DNA of 63,986 bases, the filler included, from Porpidia crustulata (lineage: Eukaryota): NCBI GenBank assembly GCA_964255105.1. It is 4 parts of 4 records of this genome, joined end to end, with 100 filler letters (N's around TTAATTAATTAA, not from the genome) between each part and the next. Parts side by side here need not be neighbours in the genome. Positions count along the whole stretch, not along the records: positions 16,790 to 33,477 come from CAXUWE010000248.1; positions 33,578 to 50,247 come from CAXUWE010000249.1; 2 more parts are not named here. One strand, 5' to 3'. Positions 22,969 to 35,980 of the stretch are shown piece after piece. The translations under genes and the position numbers were made by a program. The number at the start of each line of letters is the position of its first letter. Positions within the stretch are counted from its first letter, which is position 1. Under the pieces are notes generated by a model. It did not search any database and was not told the origin of the DNA. It saw only the letters and a program-made list of their open reading frames with translations.

Positions 22969-25900
22969 ATGCAGCCAACTAGACAAGTACGTCTCTACGA
23001 GCTTGGTCTTCCGAAACCGTCCGCCTCCGAGCTCTCCTCTGCAAGTCCCTCAGCATTCACTTTATCTTCATCTCACTCTCCGGTCTTGATGTCGGACCCT
23101 AGATCTGCAACATACAATTCACATATGTCGGGCCGTGTTCAAGGCGATATGTCGGCCGGTCCAGATGGCTGTGTACCATCGCAATCACCTTCCAGAACTC
23201 GCATCGCGTCGGGTTCGGAAGGGGTTCCTAGTATCTTCACGAACTCATCATCAGCATCACCAATAAGAGAAGAATATTTGTTCAAAGTACGCATTACCGA
23301 GATAGGCTTCGCTTGGGCTAACATTGATGTTTCAGTCGACAAGATCTTCGGTAGACCGAGAGTATGGGGGCGTCACTCTTCCTCCGGGCCTTGAACGTAG
23401 CACAATTGCACCGGGAAAGCTTAGAGAAGCTACCACGATATCAACAAGTACTATGCAAGAATTTTCCACTGTCGAACGGCTCCAGGATGCACGGATTGAG
23501 GGATTCTGCACGGCAGTAGATCCTGAGAAGTCACACATAGGACAGCCATCCACGCCTAAATCCTCCCACATTCAACAAGGCCAGGTAACATCTGGCCCAT
23601 ATGTGGAGCCTCGTTCCAGCAACAAACGCTCACGCCAAGGGTATGGCAACATAGGCTCTCCGCTCAGAAAAACCACTGACACTTTGAATCGAAGTGTGCA
23701 AGATCAATCAGGTCATATTTTCCCGAAGAGTGGCTCTGGGAATCGGGTATCTTCTGGCTCCTTGGATCAACGGCCCTTACAATCACTCTCTCAAGTACTA
23801 AAGACCATCCCTTCGCCCACTGTCAGAGGGGAAGCTCCGTGGAATGCCAGCGTATGGGACAAGTACCGGCTAAATAAGCCTCAAACAACGTATACACACC
23901 AATCAGATCGTGATTCTACCATAAACATATCGCGCAATGCAAGCAATGATAATGATGGTCTTTATGATCATAGAAAGCGACCTCAAAGAACTCAAGCTCT
24001 GTCAGACCCCTCTAAGGACCTTTCGGACGATGAAGAAGGACGTCAAGATCCTCAACTCGAGACATTAGCTGTACGACTACGCCGAGAACAAGCGAACAAC
24101 GAGAATTCCCTCGGTGGGACGGATCTGATGAAGAAGCACGCTTTTCATCGTCGGGTACAAGGAGATTGGATCCAGAGGAGCGACGCAATGGCTCGTTACG
24201 CAAAGCTGATGGGCAATGACCAGTAAGTTTTTTCTTGACGTTCTTGCCTTTTCCATGATTGACCAAAGACAAGTGCCATTGCCGCTCGTAAAGCAGAAAT
24301 CATCAGTCTAGCAGATGTGATCAATAAGTGCAGAGATGGTAGCGCTTCTTGGCTTAAAGATTTACGGCCATACCAACCAGAGCAACTCCGTCGACAGATT
24401 TACCAAGCGGTGTTTAGTGGTGAGAATGGAGATCCACAACTAATACTGAAGGATGCTGGGTCGGTCATGTATGTAGACGGGGGCTGGCTGACCCAAGCTG
24501 AATTACGACAAGACGTACTCAACGTGATCGAGATTATGATCCACGAAATGACAAGTCTAGACTTCGTACCCTCAGAGATGCAAGGACCCGCACATCCTCC
24601 GGAAAACGAGGCCAGCGCTGAAGACGTACAAACGTCGTTGAAGCATGAGAAAGCCCCTGTACTGCGAGGTCCCACTCAACATAGCCCATCCGAGCTTGAG
24701 TATGAACAAGTGGCTGGGCCAGTAGATGCTCAACATACATCAATACTCCACCCAGATAACCTGGAAGTCCATTGTCATCCCCAATTGTTACCGCCGGTTG
24801 AAGGGCATGGAACGAGGTATGCGATGAGCTGTACCGAGGACCGTGAAAGCGAGCGATATGGCCAATGCTCGTCGTCTGAGCTTCAAGAACAGCCTATTGA
24901 TACTCATATAGGGCCAACATACCATCGACAGCGTATTAATGTGACTCCTCAACGTATGGTAGCAGATACAAGCCATTCACAAGTACCGCCAGGCCTTTTG
25001 AATAACGTCGGGCAATACACAATGTCGCAATGGAATACTCAAGGCTTTGGAACAGTGCCGCACTATCCTGGTCTGCGGAATGTGCCTGCTAATCCTCCTT
25101 TTGCTTGTTATATTCCGTACCCCATGGTTCATCCAATGCAAGCTGGCTATCCCATATATGGCCGACCACAGTATCATACTACCTTCATCCAGCCACCCGT
25201 GTCCCAACAGCAGCATCTCACTTCCCAGGGGTTTCCCAGTATTTCAGCCTTAGGTGTCAATGCTTCCAGCCGTACAATGTTTATTTCTGAGCCTGGTCAG
25301 GAAGCATCTACGTTCCAACGACAACACCTAGAGACTCAGAGAGTGTCGTCTAATTACCACGTTGGTACTAACTCACGTAATGTAGAATGGCCAAGCCGTA
25401 TTGGTAGACAGGGGTCGGTGCAGCCATTGCTACCGTTGCTACCATACCGTCAAGGAGCGGACGACATGTGTCCTAAAAAAGTTGGAGGAGCGAGCGTAAG
25501 ACTCCAGGAACTGACACGCAACGGGAAACCAAGTTACGCCATGGCTACAAGTAAAGACATTATTCCATTTTCCGAGACGGCCAAGAACACAAAGCCAGCG
25601 GAATGGGGCGTTGTTAAAATCGGTAATGTAAGTAAAACTTAAATACTGCGTGTCGGTTTCGTGTTTTTCCATCATCTTCTGCCATCTTTACAAGTCAATA
25701 CATTGCAGAAGAGGCTTCAAAGCATGCAATGTAGAACTTCATGACTTTTATACCCATGGAACCCCTCTTTCTGCGAGCTAGGGTTTTGTCTTAGCTTGAC
25801 ACAGCTTAATTCATACTGACTTTATTGCTTCCCTAGATCCCATACTCTCTTACCAAGCAGGAAGTCTTTGGCTTTCTTGGCCGTAACGCCAAGATTGTCA

Positions 25901-27178
25901 CCCCGGACTTAGGAGTGCCTATTCATATCATTATGGATAGGTCCACGGGCAAGACGATGGACTGCTACGGTACAAACCTCGCAATATGTCTTGTTTCTCT
26001 TGCTAATAAAGAATAGTGGAATTCTTCAGCATTGGCGATGCCTCGGCCGCCGTCAACAAATGTAACGCAAAGGGGGCACACCAGCTTCGGCTGGGCGATA
26101 GGGCCGTCTTGGTCGAGCTCAGCTCGCAAGACGAGCTGCTCAAACAGCTGTTCCCTCGAGCGAAGAACGTGGTCTGGGAGAATGGGGTACCGATCATCGA
26201 AGAGAGCCATGAACCCTTCAACACAGGTTTCAAGTCCTTCGTGACGGGGGAAGAGATGGTAATGGTCGTGAGGCATGCAGAGCAGCCTCACCGTGTAAGC
26301 GTTCTAGCTTGGTGACCTTTGGTATTTTACTCTGCTGTGCTGACACCACGAACAGTCAAGCTACACCCAAAAATGCCCTCAACGTGCCTACGAGTGCATG
26401 ATCAGCACTCTCGCCAAATTCCCCTGGCATTCTGTTGACAATTATGCGATCGCGACCCGGGATCAGTTATTTGGAGCCACACGTGATCATCTTAAGACTC
26501 TCAATAGCATTGTAAATCGTGGAGGACTGCCTGGACTCACTGAAACGCTGCTGAGCGATCTGCTAATGGCTGGTCTGAATGCTTACGGATTCAGTGACAA
26601 ACAACGATGGGAGCTCCGTCAAGCATCCGACCTCGTGGGTTTTAGATTCAAGATGAGTCCACTGGCACAATTCTGGCCTTTCGAGGCTCTTGGACGTAAG
26701 GCTTGTGTAGATGAAGATATTGTCGAAGTAAGTAAAGTGCTCTCAACTCTGTTGGATCTGACTATTCACTCTTTCCGTTTATGTACATCTTAACGCAAAT
26801 AAAGCTTGATTCTTCACATGCATCTCTGAAGGCTCTCTATCTTGCGTCACAACCGTGTCTACGTGACCTTCCTCGGGTTTGCATTGTTGATGTTGGTGTA
26901 TGTATATCGTACTACCGTCTGTTTCAAGATTGCGGTCTTTTATATGATCTACCCGCGTGTCTCTTTATATCTCGAATGCAAAACCTAGAACTAACATGTC
27001 GTCCCTCCAGTTCTATGAGGACATTCTATCACGCCATCCGCAAGTACGCAGCTCAGATTCTCCGTTTGACCGACTAGCAGACTCCAAGAACAATATGGGT
27101 GAAAGGACTATGCGTGAAGTTGGTGCCGCAGAGTGGATGTTCGTCGAGGACTTGCTGCGCGTCAACTTGGCAGCGTAG
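22969..27178 (+). CDS. Large multi-exon protein with C-terminal RRM-like domain
   Basis: ORF pieces join through GT..AG introns (23287-23335, 24223-24273, 25628-25836, two short ones near 25970 and 26295, and 26728-27010). RRM-like core WGVVKIGNIPYSLTKQEVFGFLG...IHIIMDRSTGKTMDCYVEFFS. The start is uncertain because ATG 22969 may lie in an upstream intron. Confidence 0.75.
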
Positions 27179-30100
27179 ACCTTTTTCAGAGAGATTTTTG
27201 AATATGGTATGGCTGCAGGATATTTTTGCGCGCTGATATTATGGACAGGAATGGGATGAACAGGCAATGGTATTGTTCACCGCGGTTTGGCTTGTTCGCT
27301 TTCTTGGCTACAAATGGGAGGCCTGGTAAGCGGCACAAAATTGGACATACGGAAAGTGTCATTGGAGAAGTGGAGCAGGGGCAAGTACAAGACAGAGCTA
27401 CAGCAGAGCAATATCTCGAAAGGCAGCAGTTATGGATCAACACCTTGAAGTTAAGCAGTGGAGACTTATCAGACCTCATCATCAACCACAACACAGCATA
27501 AATTAGATGGCAATGGTACGCAATCATACAGGAGGGCAAAGCATGGCTAGGGATTGCTGACAGCTCCCGGCACAAAGAGACTGCGATTTGTGGTTTGACC
27601 GCAGAACGAGCAAACTATGTCTTATATGCATACTTAGAAAATATGAGGTAGACAAGTTCCTTCCATAGTTTCAGCTCAGATACAAACGAGTTGCTTCATG
27701 TTGAATGCTTTGCCCTTGCCAGTATTCGGTTATAAGCTGTTCGTCCAATTGTTCTTCGGGCTGTTCAGCAAAACCTAGATCCACACCATCATTCGCCTCA
27801 TCTGACACTGTGCGTTCCCACTGTTCGCCATCTATCGTTCTTCAGTCTATGTGTATACCCGCTATTTCCTTACAATCTGTGCCCGTTCACAGTTCTTGAT
27901 CCTCAGGCGACTCACACCGTCTCTCATTGCCCAATCCGTCCATGACGTTGTGGTATCTTAATTCTAGCCTTGTCCAATGCTTGGAAATCTCATACGTACC
28001 ATTCGGATTTCGTCACGATGCAACATCATGACACAGTCGATCGTGGAGGCAGCAATACTTTAGCAGATATTATGAACTACAGTATTTTCAAACGAGCGCC
28101 TTGCCCACTGTCTGACTTTACAGAGCTCGGCAACTGTCTGAAACAAATTCAAGAGTCAACCAAGAAGGTTGGGAAGGCTGTGAGATTTCTCAAGCACGTG
28201 CACAATCGAGGAGGTAAGTTATCTCGTAGCTTTGCCTTGCATGCTTTGCTCATCTATTTCTGTTTCGATACAAAGATCCTCTCGTACTCTAACCTTCAAT
28301 CGCCAGTAGGCTTGCACCAAGGCAGCCTGGTTCTAGACTCTTGAGTTCTTATTATAACAATCTTATAGACGTTACTGTGGAGAAAAGGGGAATTGAGAAC
28401 CTGCGGGAAACAGTCGTCCCATCTGATCCAACCATGGCAGGGTAGCACAGACAAGTCGAGACCTGGTCAAGTGTGTGAGGCTCCAAAATGGAGTTGCTTT
28501 CCCCACCTACGCTGATAAACCTCCTCGTGATTGGCGTTTCTTACGCCTTACATTCCATAGAGTCTGTAGAAAAGGGATAGGATTGTGCTGGGCAAGTATC
28601 TAGATTCCACCGTTCAGTATCTTATCTCAAATATCGAAGACTGGTCAAGAAGCGGAATCGGCATATTTTATTAATAATGTCGACATCCATGGGCGATTTC
28701 TTATCAACAATTAGAGTGCATCTCCCTGCCAGATCCGCGGACTAGCATAACACAACCAGGGGAACAGAGCCGCGATCAGTTGGACGGGCTGAAAGAATCC
28801 TTCCAATTGGAAATGGTATAGTGAGTGGATGATTTTCGGCACTGATGGTTGTACAAATCACGATTACAGTAGCACAGACGAGGGATTAAATCCTAATTGC
28901 TCCTTTCTTGCCAAGCATGGCTAAGGCTGTCATGCTCATTCGACCATACACGAAATCGGAATCGAGGGCATCTATCAGAACGGTCCAGATGCTGCGATCT
29001 AGCTCGATGGACTGCCTATTTCGGCTCCTCCACGTGGCACTTGGGAGATCTTCGGTGTCAGGGCGTCTGGGGAACCGGATCCATATCTGCAAGGTGCGTG
29101 GGAGGTGGATCATGCAGCCTGTCTGGAATTAAGTATTCCCTCCTTTGGTCTGATCGGGCTGTCGCACATGGGCTAGGCTGATGTGAGATTCAAATTGTGT
29201 TGCTGCTCTGGCTATTCAGTGGTCCCGAACTTCAATTGAGAGCATCAACACCATGTCTTTCAAGAAAGCTCGGACAAAGATTAAGCGAGGTGGATCTCTG
29301 GGACCAATGATTGGGAACAGCCTCATGCAGCAATACTACGGTTGTCGAGGTGCAAATGACGATATAAAGGTCCCATACGTCTCACGTAAGGCTGATGTAA
29401 AGCAGTCGGCCGGTACTGATGGAGATCGGAGTTTTCCTCGCTACCTAATCATAGGTAATGATAGGGGTTCACCTTAGAGAAATTCGAGCCTTTCGATAAT
29501 TGATATGATGCTGGATAGAGTACTACTAGATAGTACACCCCCGAGCACTGGACGATTCAAACTATTCGATTCAAGTCCAATGAGATGGTCAAATCTAGAT
29601 GCGAGAATGATCTTACGGCCGTTACCTCGGTGCCTACCTAATTCGGTACTGACTACATGAAGCATTACCTCTTATTCACGTGTCACTAATTAATATCCCT
29701 TAGAGGTGCATGATCCTTACATATCCGGCTAGCTCCGAAGCCAGGGGTCAGGATCAAATCATCAAGATCGAAAGCGCCAAGGTTCAGCCTTCAGCTTCCT
29801 CTTCGAGTTCTTATGTCTGTAGCACCCGAGGAATAAGCACCACTAACATTCAACCTATCTTACTGCCTGAACGTACTTTGGTCAGTACACCAGTAGGTAG
29901 GTACTAACTACATTAGTAATACTCTATCTCTCGCTTCGATTCGACCCATCCTATGCGTATTCGTGTCATCTTTACTTTTTTGATCCGCCTGCACTTGCCA
30001 CGAGACAGCTGCTAAAGTCTTTCGTTCTTGTGATGCATGACGGATGCATGCCTCCCGGGAGAGCTTCACGTGTGGAGGATTCAAGCAGGCTTAAATATCT

Positions 30101-33100
30101 AGACTTCAACCATAAAACGATCAATCACGAGAGATAAGAGCCGTGACATCAAGGATAGTGCAAGCCTATTTCGAAGAACCGTTCATCATTCATATCACGT
30201 TTTAACTGTCCGCGCGATCTGAGATGAAGCCATAAGCCATGGCGCATGGCCTGGTGGGAAGCCAATAAGCCAAGAAGCCACAGTAAGATAGGGGTCCTTC
30301 TTCGGCTGTGCCCGAAAGATGGAATGATGGGGAAGAAAGCCGATGCGTGATAGGCTTGTAGCCCCACCCAGCACCCATCACCCATCATCCTTGCTCGTGC
30401 TATGCCGCTAGGTCGATGTTAAACCGCATCCTCGGGTTTGCTGATTTCTCCCGACGGAATCGCAGGCATTATGGAGGATCAAGATTTAAATGACGTCTTC
30501 AGCCTCGTCCCCGGTCTCGGAGGCTCTATTAACTGTGAAATAGTGACAGCTATTTTGGTTGCTTGGGTACCCGGCTATGTCAGTGTATCACGCCTGACCG
30601 CTGTGCGGATGGAAGACTTAAGGAAGAGTCTTTGCGCTGCCGAGCCATAAGACGAGGCAAATCTTCCCTTACTGATTTACAAAGTTACCACTCTATGCTA
30701 GTACTTCCAAGCCCCTGATCTGAGCGGCTGCTTCAGAATAGTACTACGTACGCGCTTCAACTTTCCCTGCGAAGATTTGCTGCCGTACTAACGGGAGTCT
30801 CGCTCTAGTCTCTGGAAAACTGGCCATATCGCGAAATTACGAGGCAGTCATTTGATGGGCAAAAGCACTCCAAGGTCTTTAGCGAATTTGTGCGAGCAGC
30901 GAGTGTGTGCGACTCATCCCGGGATGATCCTCTGGTACCACTAGGCTCCTAGCCATTTATATTAACTTCTTCCACTGCTCCATAATGGTTGCGGGGTACC
31001 AGGAACCCCAACAATCCGCAGTTCTTATTGAATTCAGGGTTGAAGAATGATCCCATCAGGGTCCAAGACAAAGGGTTACACACAAGCGGGTCAAGTGAAA
31101 CTGCCATGTGCCATGATCTGCTACGGAGTGCATGCGTTGAGTCTGAATGTGATTGATATCAGTCTTCATACCCAAGTGAGCGGTGAGACAGCATATCTGG
31201 AGAAATGTCAGAGGTCAAGCTTGTTATGACAGTTCTCTAAGGCACGGTCTGTCGGGTCTGATTTAGCCGCTCCAACAGTTTGGATGTCAGCCAGACTCAC
31301 AAGTTAGAAATCTTGATGTCGTCTTACCGTAGATTCCCTGCGGTCCTACGGTCCAGGTGTCCAACTCTTTTATTGGCCGTGATGGCTCAGAAGGCCGTCG
31401 GTAGCCTACTCCCCAGCCCTGGGGCCTTCGTGCAAAGCATTACGCTGCTTATCTCGAAATGATCTAGTATGCATCAGCTATTGAGTAAGAGGTCCCGGGA
31501 CACACGCCCGTCGCTCACTCAGACACCCACCTGTGGTAGCTGGATACCAACTGGTAACACTACTAAGGTACTACAAAAGCATTGGGTATCACTAGGACCT
31601 TAGTAGTTAGTGAGCACTCACACCCCCGCGTGAGACGAGGATTACATTTTCGAATTGCTACTGCTACATCTACTAAGGAGTACGAAGTACAAAGTCTAAA
31701 GTCTCGGTTTTTGTGCGTCTGTGCCACCAGTTTGCATACTCGGATCCCCAATCATCCTTCCCCAAGCCAATCAACAGCATCTATCAATGGGTAACAACAT
31801 CAGTAAGCCGTCCCGCAGCCAAAGTTGCCATGTGCTTCTTGCAACAAATCGCCCGGCTTGGGTGTGTTGCCTGTTCCTGTTATGGATTAGTCCATCTGCG
31901 GACTGCATCCTCTGCCATTCTGCCGGACCTTTGCTCGTGGCCTTGATCAAATTTGAGAAACAGCACACCTCTTCCAAGACACGGGAGGGCATCGCAGGCC
32001 TCGAGTCAACATGAAGCGACGAAAGCGCTATGCGTTCTTACCGTACCTAGAAGATCGTGAATACCGATAGGATTAGCGCACTCGCATCGTACAAGACTTC
32101 TCGTCTGTATCTGGCCAGGACTGGAGATGAGCAACGATGGTCAGCGTTAGCTTGTCAATAATTAATAAATAATACGGGAACCTAAGATAGTCTGGAAAAC
32201 GACTCAATCCCGCCCGGCGTCTGGCCAATAAACTCACGAGTGCAGCTGCAGTCCAAACTCCTGCTGAGCTTACCGGTCAGTGCACGCGCAAATCCAGTCT
32301 TTCTCCATCAAAGGACGAGGCCGAAAGGGTGCCAAACAAGCGACGACATGGATCCAGATTCCTCATCAGCCGACCCTTTCAGAGAGCGCGGACAGTGGGT
32401 AAAGCTCCCCTCGGAGTAAGACAGCTGTAGTTGTAGATGGTCGAACGGTACCGCTCTTTTGCTGTGGGCATTCCCGATTTCCAATTCCCGATTGAAGAAT
32501 AGATCTCATCATCATCACCAGCTGCAGCAGCAGCAAGCAGTAGTAGCATTTCCAGTTATGATGAAGATGAATATTGAGCACGCAAAGTAGCACGAGTAGG
32601 GACTGCACCCACAAGTAGAAGGACGCTTAACCTTAATCCGCCGTCCTAATCAACGTTATTAATATGATGCCACCCCATACATACATCGTAGGGTGATCGG
32701 TAGTCTTTATCGTGAGTGATCACTAGAGTGCTGTTGACCAGGCATGGATTATGATTATTATTTATCACGATAATTATGGCGGGGAGTACCGTGGAAGGGT
32801 CAATTAGTGTTTCCTATCGATGATGATTTGGATTTGCTGACTGTAAGATATTAATATCGTTATTTATTAGAGTATTATGATTGATATGATGATTGTGAGG
32901 GTTCTGGGAGTGGTGCTTGTCTGGGTGTCTGGTTGCCCCAAAAGATGTCCATGGAACTAGAAGAATAGACCCGCATCCAGCCTTTGAGACAGCCATCCGT
33001 CAGCCAGCCCGCGCGACTTGGGACTACAGAGACTATCGCCAGAGAGCATTATTGAATGGTCCACTTCAACAAAGGGACGGTCCGGCACCTCGTACTTTTA

Positions 33101-33477
33101 CTCGACGCCCGTTCTCCATTCTATTCAGCTCCTTGTCTCGACCACTCTTCCCTCCCACTTCAAAACTCCCGACATACGACCATCATACGACCATCACTAT
33201 CATTATCATAATCGTAGATAATAAATAAACAGGGCATCATCCACGATTGTGTTGGTGGTGTTGGTTTCTCCATCGTTTCATCGATTACGAACGAGACGGT
33301 TGACGGGATCGCCTTAGGTCGAGTAAATCTGCGATCAACCTTTGGGGATCGACAGTCCCGAAAGCCTGGGCTTTGTTTTGAGCCCAATAATCTCCATCGT
33401 CTAATCCACCGACCGACTCGGCAGCAACCCAGCTCTTCTTCAGAGCTCTAATCGCTAAGCGTTCAAACGATCAATAC

Positions 33478-33577
33478 NNNNNNNNNNNNNNNNNNNNNNN
33501 NNNNNNNNNNNNNNNNNNNNNTTAATTAATTAANNNNNNNNNNNNNNNNNNNNNNNNNNNNNNNNNNNNNNNNNNNN
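33478..33577. other. Artificial contig-joining spacer
   Basis: N44-TTAATTAATTAA-N44. Confidence 0.97.
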
Positions 33578-33841
33578 GGGGTGTGGTAGGGCTTACTTCC
33601 ATGTTGATGTTGTGGGTAAATGGTTTGAAAGTTGAGTAGATTTGGTAATTGATTGTAAGTAAATTGGATTGATGTTGTGGACTTTCACGTGCAAATAGAT
33701 ATCTAACTGGATTGGTGGTTCCGCCTTTTGGGTCTCTGGACATTACCTAACCCTAGAGGCCTTGAGATTTGAGCTTGGGTACTGATACCAGCACTGTCTA
33801 CATGTATAGTTTAGGCATCTACAATATAAGTAAGAACGCTT

Positions 33842-35702
33842 CTACTTTTGCAAAGCAATGAGCTTCCCCATCTGAATGACCCACTTCCGAGCAAAAGCCT
33901 CCTCCGTGAACCTTTTCGCTGATGCTCGGGCCCGTAGTCGCATCTCTAGAGTTTCTTCGACGGACATTGACAATGCCTGCGTAAACCGATCTGCAAATTC
34001 TGTTTCCGTGCTTGCGTGGAAACCTGTACATATCATTTAGCTACAATTGAGTACAGTAGCCGAAAACCTCAAATCAAAGGATAAGCTGTCCGATGAGAAA
34101 TTTGATGCTGCGCAAAGGAACAATACCTCTTCGAGGTTGGAATGACTGAAAAAATTACGAGGGCAGACCACATACCTGTTGGACCTCCGTCGTAATCGAC
34201 GACGATGTCTGCCTTTGGGCCTCCACTATCATCAACCACACTGATCAAGCCTGCTGCTTGATATTCGACCACGCCAATGCCAAAGTGTTCATTCCACATG
34301 ACGTTTACTCCAACGGAGCACTGTTGTAGAGACTGCAATATCACCGGCCACTTGGCATTCAGCATAAACTCAACGCTATCTTCGACGTGTAGCTCCTTTG
34401 GCAGAGTCTTCAGCTGGACTACCCTCTTCTTGTCATCTTCTCGTACACTGCCAATGAGTAAGAGCTTAGCCCCTTTGGTAGCTTCTGTCGACTGAGAACG
34501 AATCATCTTTGAGAAAGCATTGATGACCTTCTCATGCTTTTTCTCAGGTCGAAATTGAGCAATGTATACAAGTATTCGCTTTCTTTCGGCTTCGCTCGCT
34601 TTGGTGACTTGGATTGCTTGCTCAATTTCCTCGACTGCGCAAGGGGGGTACACCACCTCCACCTCGGACGACTTCTGCCTCTTTCGATTTGGCCCCCAGA
34701 GTGACTGAACATGTGCTTGCGTCCAGGAAGAATTGGTCATTACGATGTCAATGTTGCCTCCAACCCAAGAGTAGATCCAAGCAAATATTTTCCAGTAATT
34801 CCTCTTCACGGAGCCTCTAAAGCCCTTTCCTGCTCCTGTATTTAGCCCCTTGTCTGAATCAGCGTCAAGTGAGTCTAGCATGTCGGTCGAGATTGTCGGA
34901 TAATGTACGTAAGCTCCAGTGGGGATTTTAGGAAAGATTAATTTGCACAAGGCCAATGTAAAGGAGTAACCCATCGTATCAACGAAAATGTCAGGTACAA
35001 GCATACTGAAAGCTTCGTAGGCGAGAATGAGCGAACCAAGACTTTGGCCAAGAAGAGTAAAGTGAGGATATGTGGTAGGGAGGACATAATATCGAGTCTG
35101 CAGGTAAAGAAAAACAACAGTTGGAGGGTATAATTTAATATTGAAGTTATTCTAGGTACATTTAGCATTTGAATGTCCACACCGTACCGCCTCTAGTAAG
35201 GAATACCTGCACTCTTTCCAAGATTGCGGTCTTAGTAGCGTCATTGTCACCTGTGTATACAACACAAACTGCTTTGGGCCAGTGCGTTTGGGTAGCCTTG
35301 ATGGCCGCCCAAAGTACACGTTCGCCACCACCACCAGCGTTACTTTTGCATCATCAACACGGCTCTCTAATATTTCAGGTCTTCGAGTGCTTACCAAAAG
35401 GGGTGGAAAAACCCTACAATGCCCTTCCAATCATCCTGAGATCTCTCCCCATTAGAGGCAAATCCAGAAGCATGACTTTCAACCTTTTCCCAATCTCCGT
35501 CTTCAGATCTGGAAGAATGGCGGAGTTTTGACAAATGGTCTTTTTCTTCGACTTCGATCCTTGCTAGGATCAGTTGTCTGCGGGCCGAAGTACTTCGTTG
35601 AAGATGCCAGCCAACCAGCCATTTACAAAGGAGGATCGTTGAACCCAGTGCAAGCAGTGTATTGATGAGTCCCAAATACAAAAGCCGTAAGAGAAACCCC
35701 AT
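33842..35702 (-). CDS. ALG11: GDP-Man:Man3GlcNAc2-PP-Dol alpha-1,2-mannosyltransferase (GT4)
   Basis: N-terminal [79 protein letters not shown]. Three introns. Confidence 0.95.
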
Positions 35703-35980
35703 CTTGATCATCAGCCCCCATCTAGGAGGTAAATACGTGGTAGCGATAATGTTGGCATCTACGTAATCTAAGCCTGATACTTCCGTAGGAATAGCGCGGT
35801 TAAGCCCACCTGCTCTGGCGGGTCGCGTCGCTAAATCCACGGCCGTGTACTCATAATCCAAATATCAATAGTGATGATTAACTTCCAAGTACCCAACCCT
35901 CGTGGTAGTAGGAGTATATACATTCTAAAGCAAGCCTCATGGTTCAATGATACTTCAAAGTGTTGATTTGAGATTTGAAG

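Noticed and set aside
27200..33477. Many 60-130 aa ORFs in the gene-free region
   Set aside because: No domain motifs, many non-ATG starts, consistent with chance ORFs.
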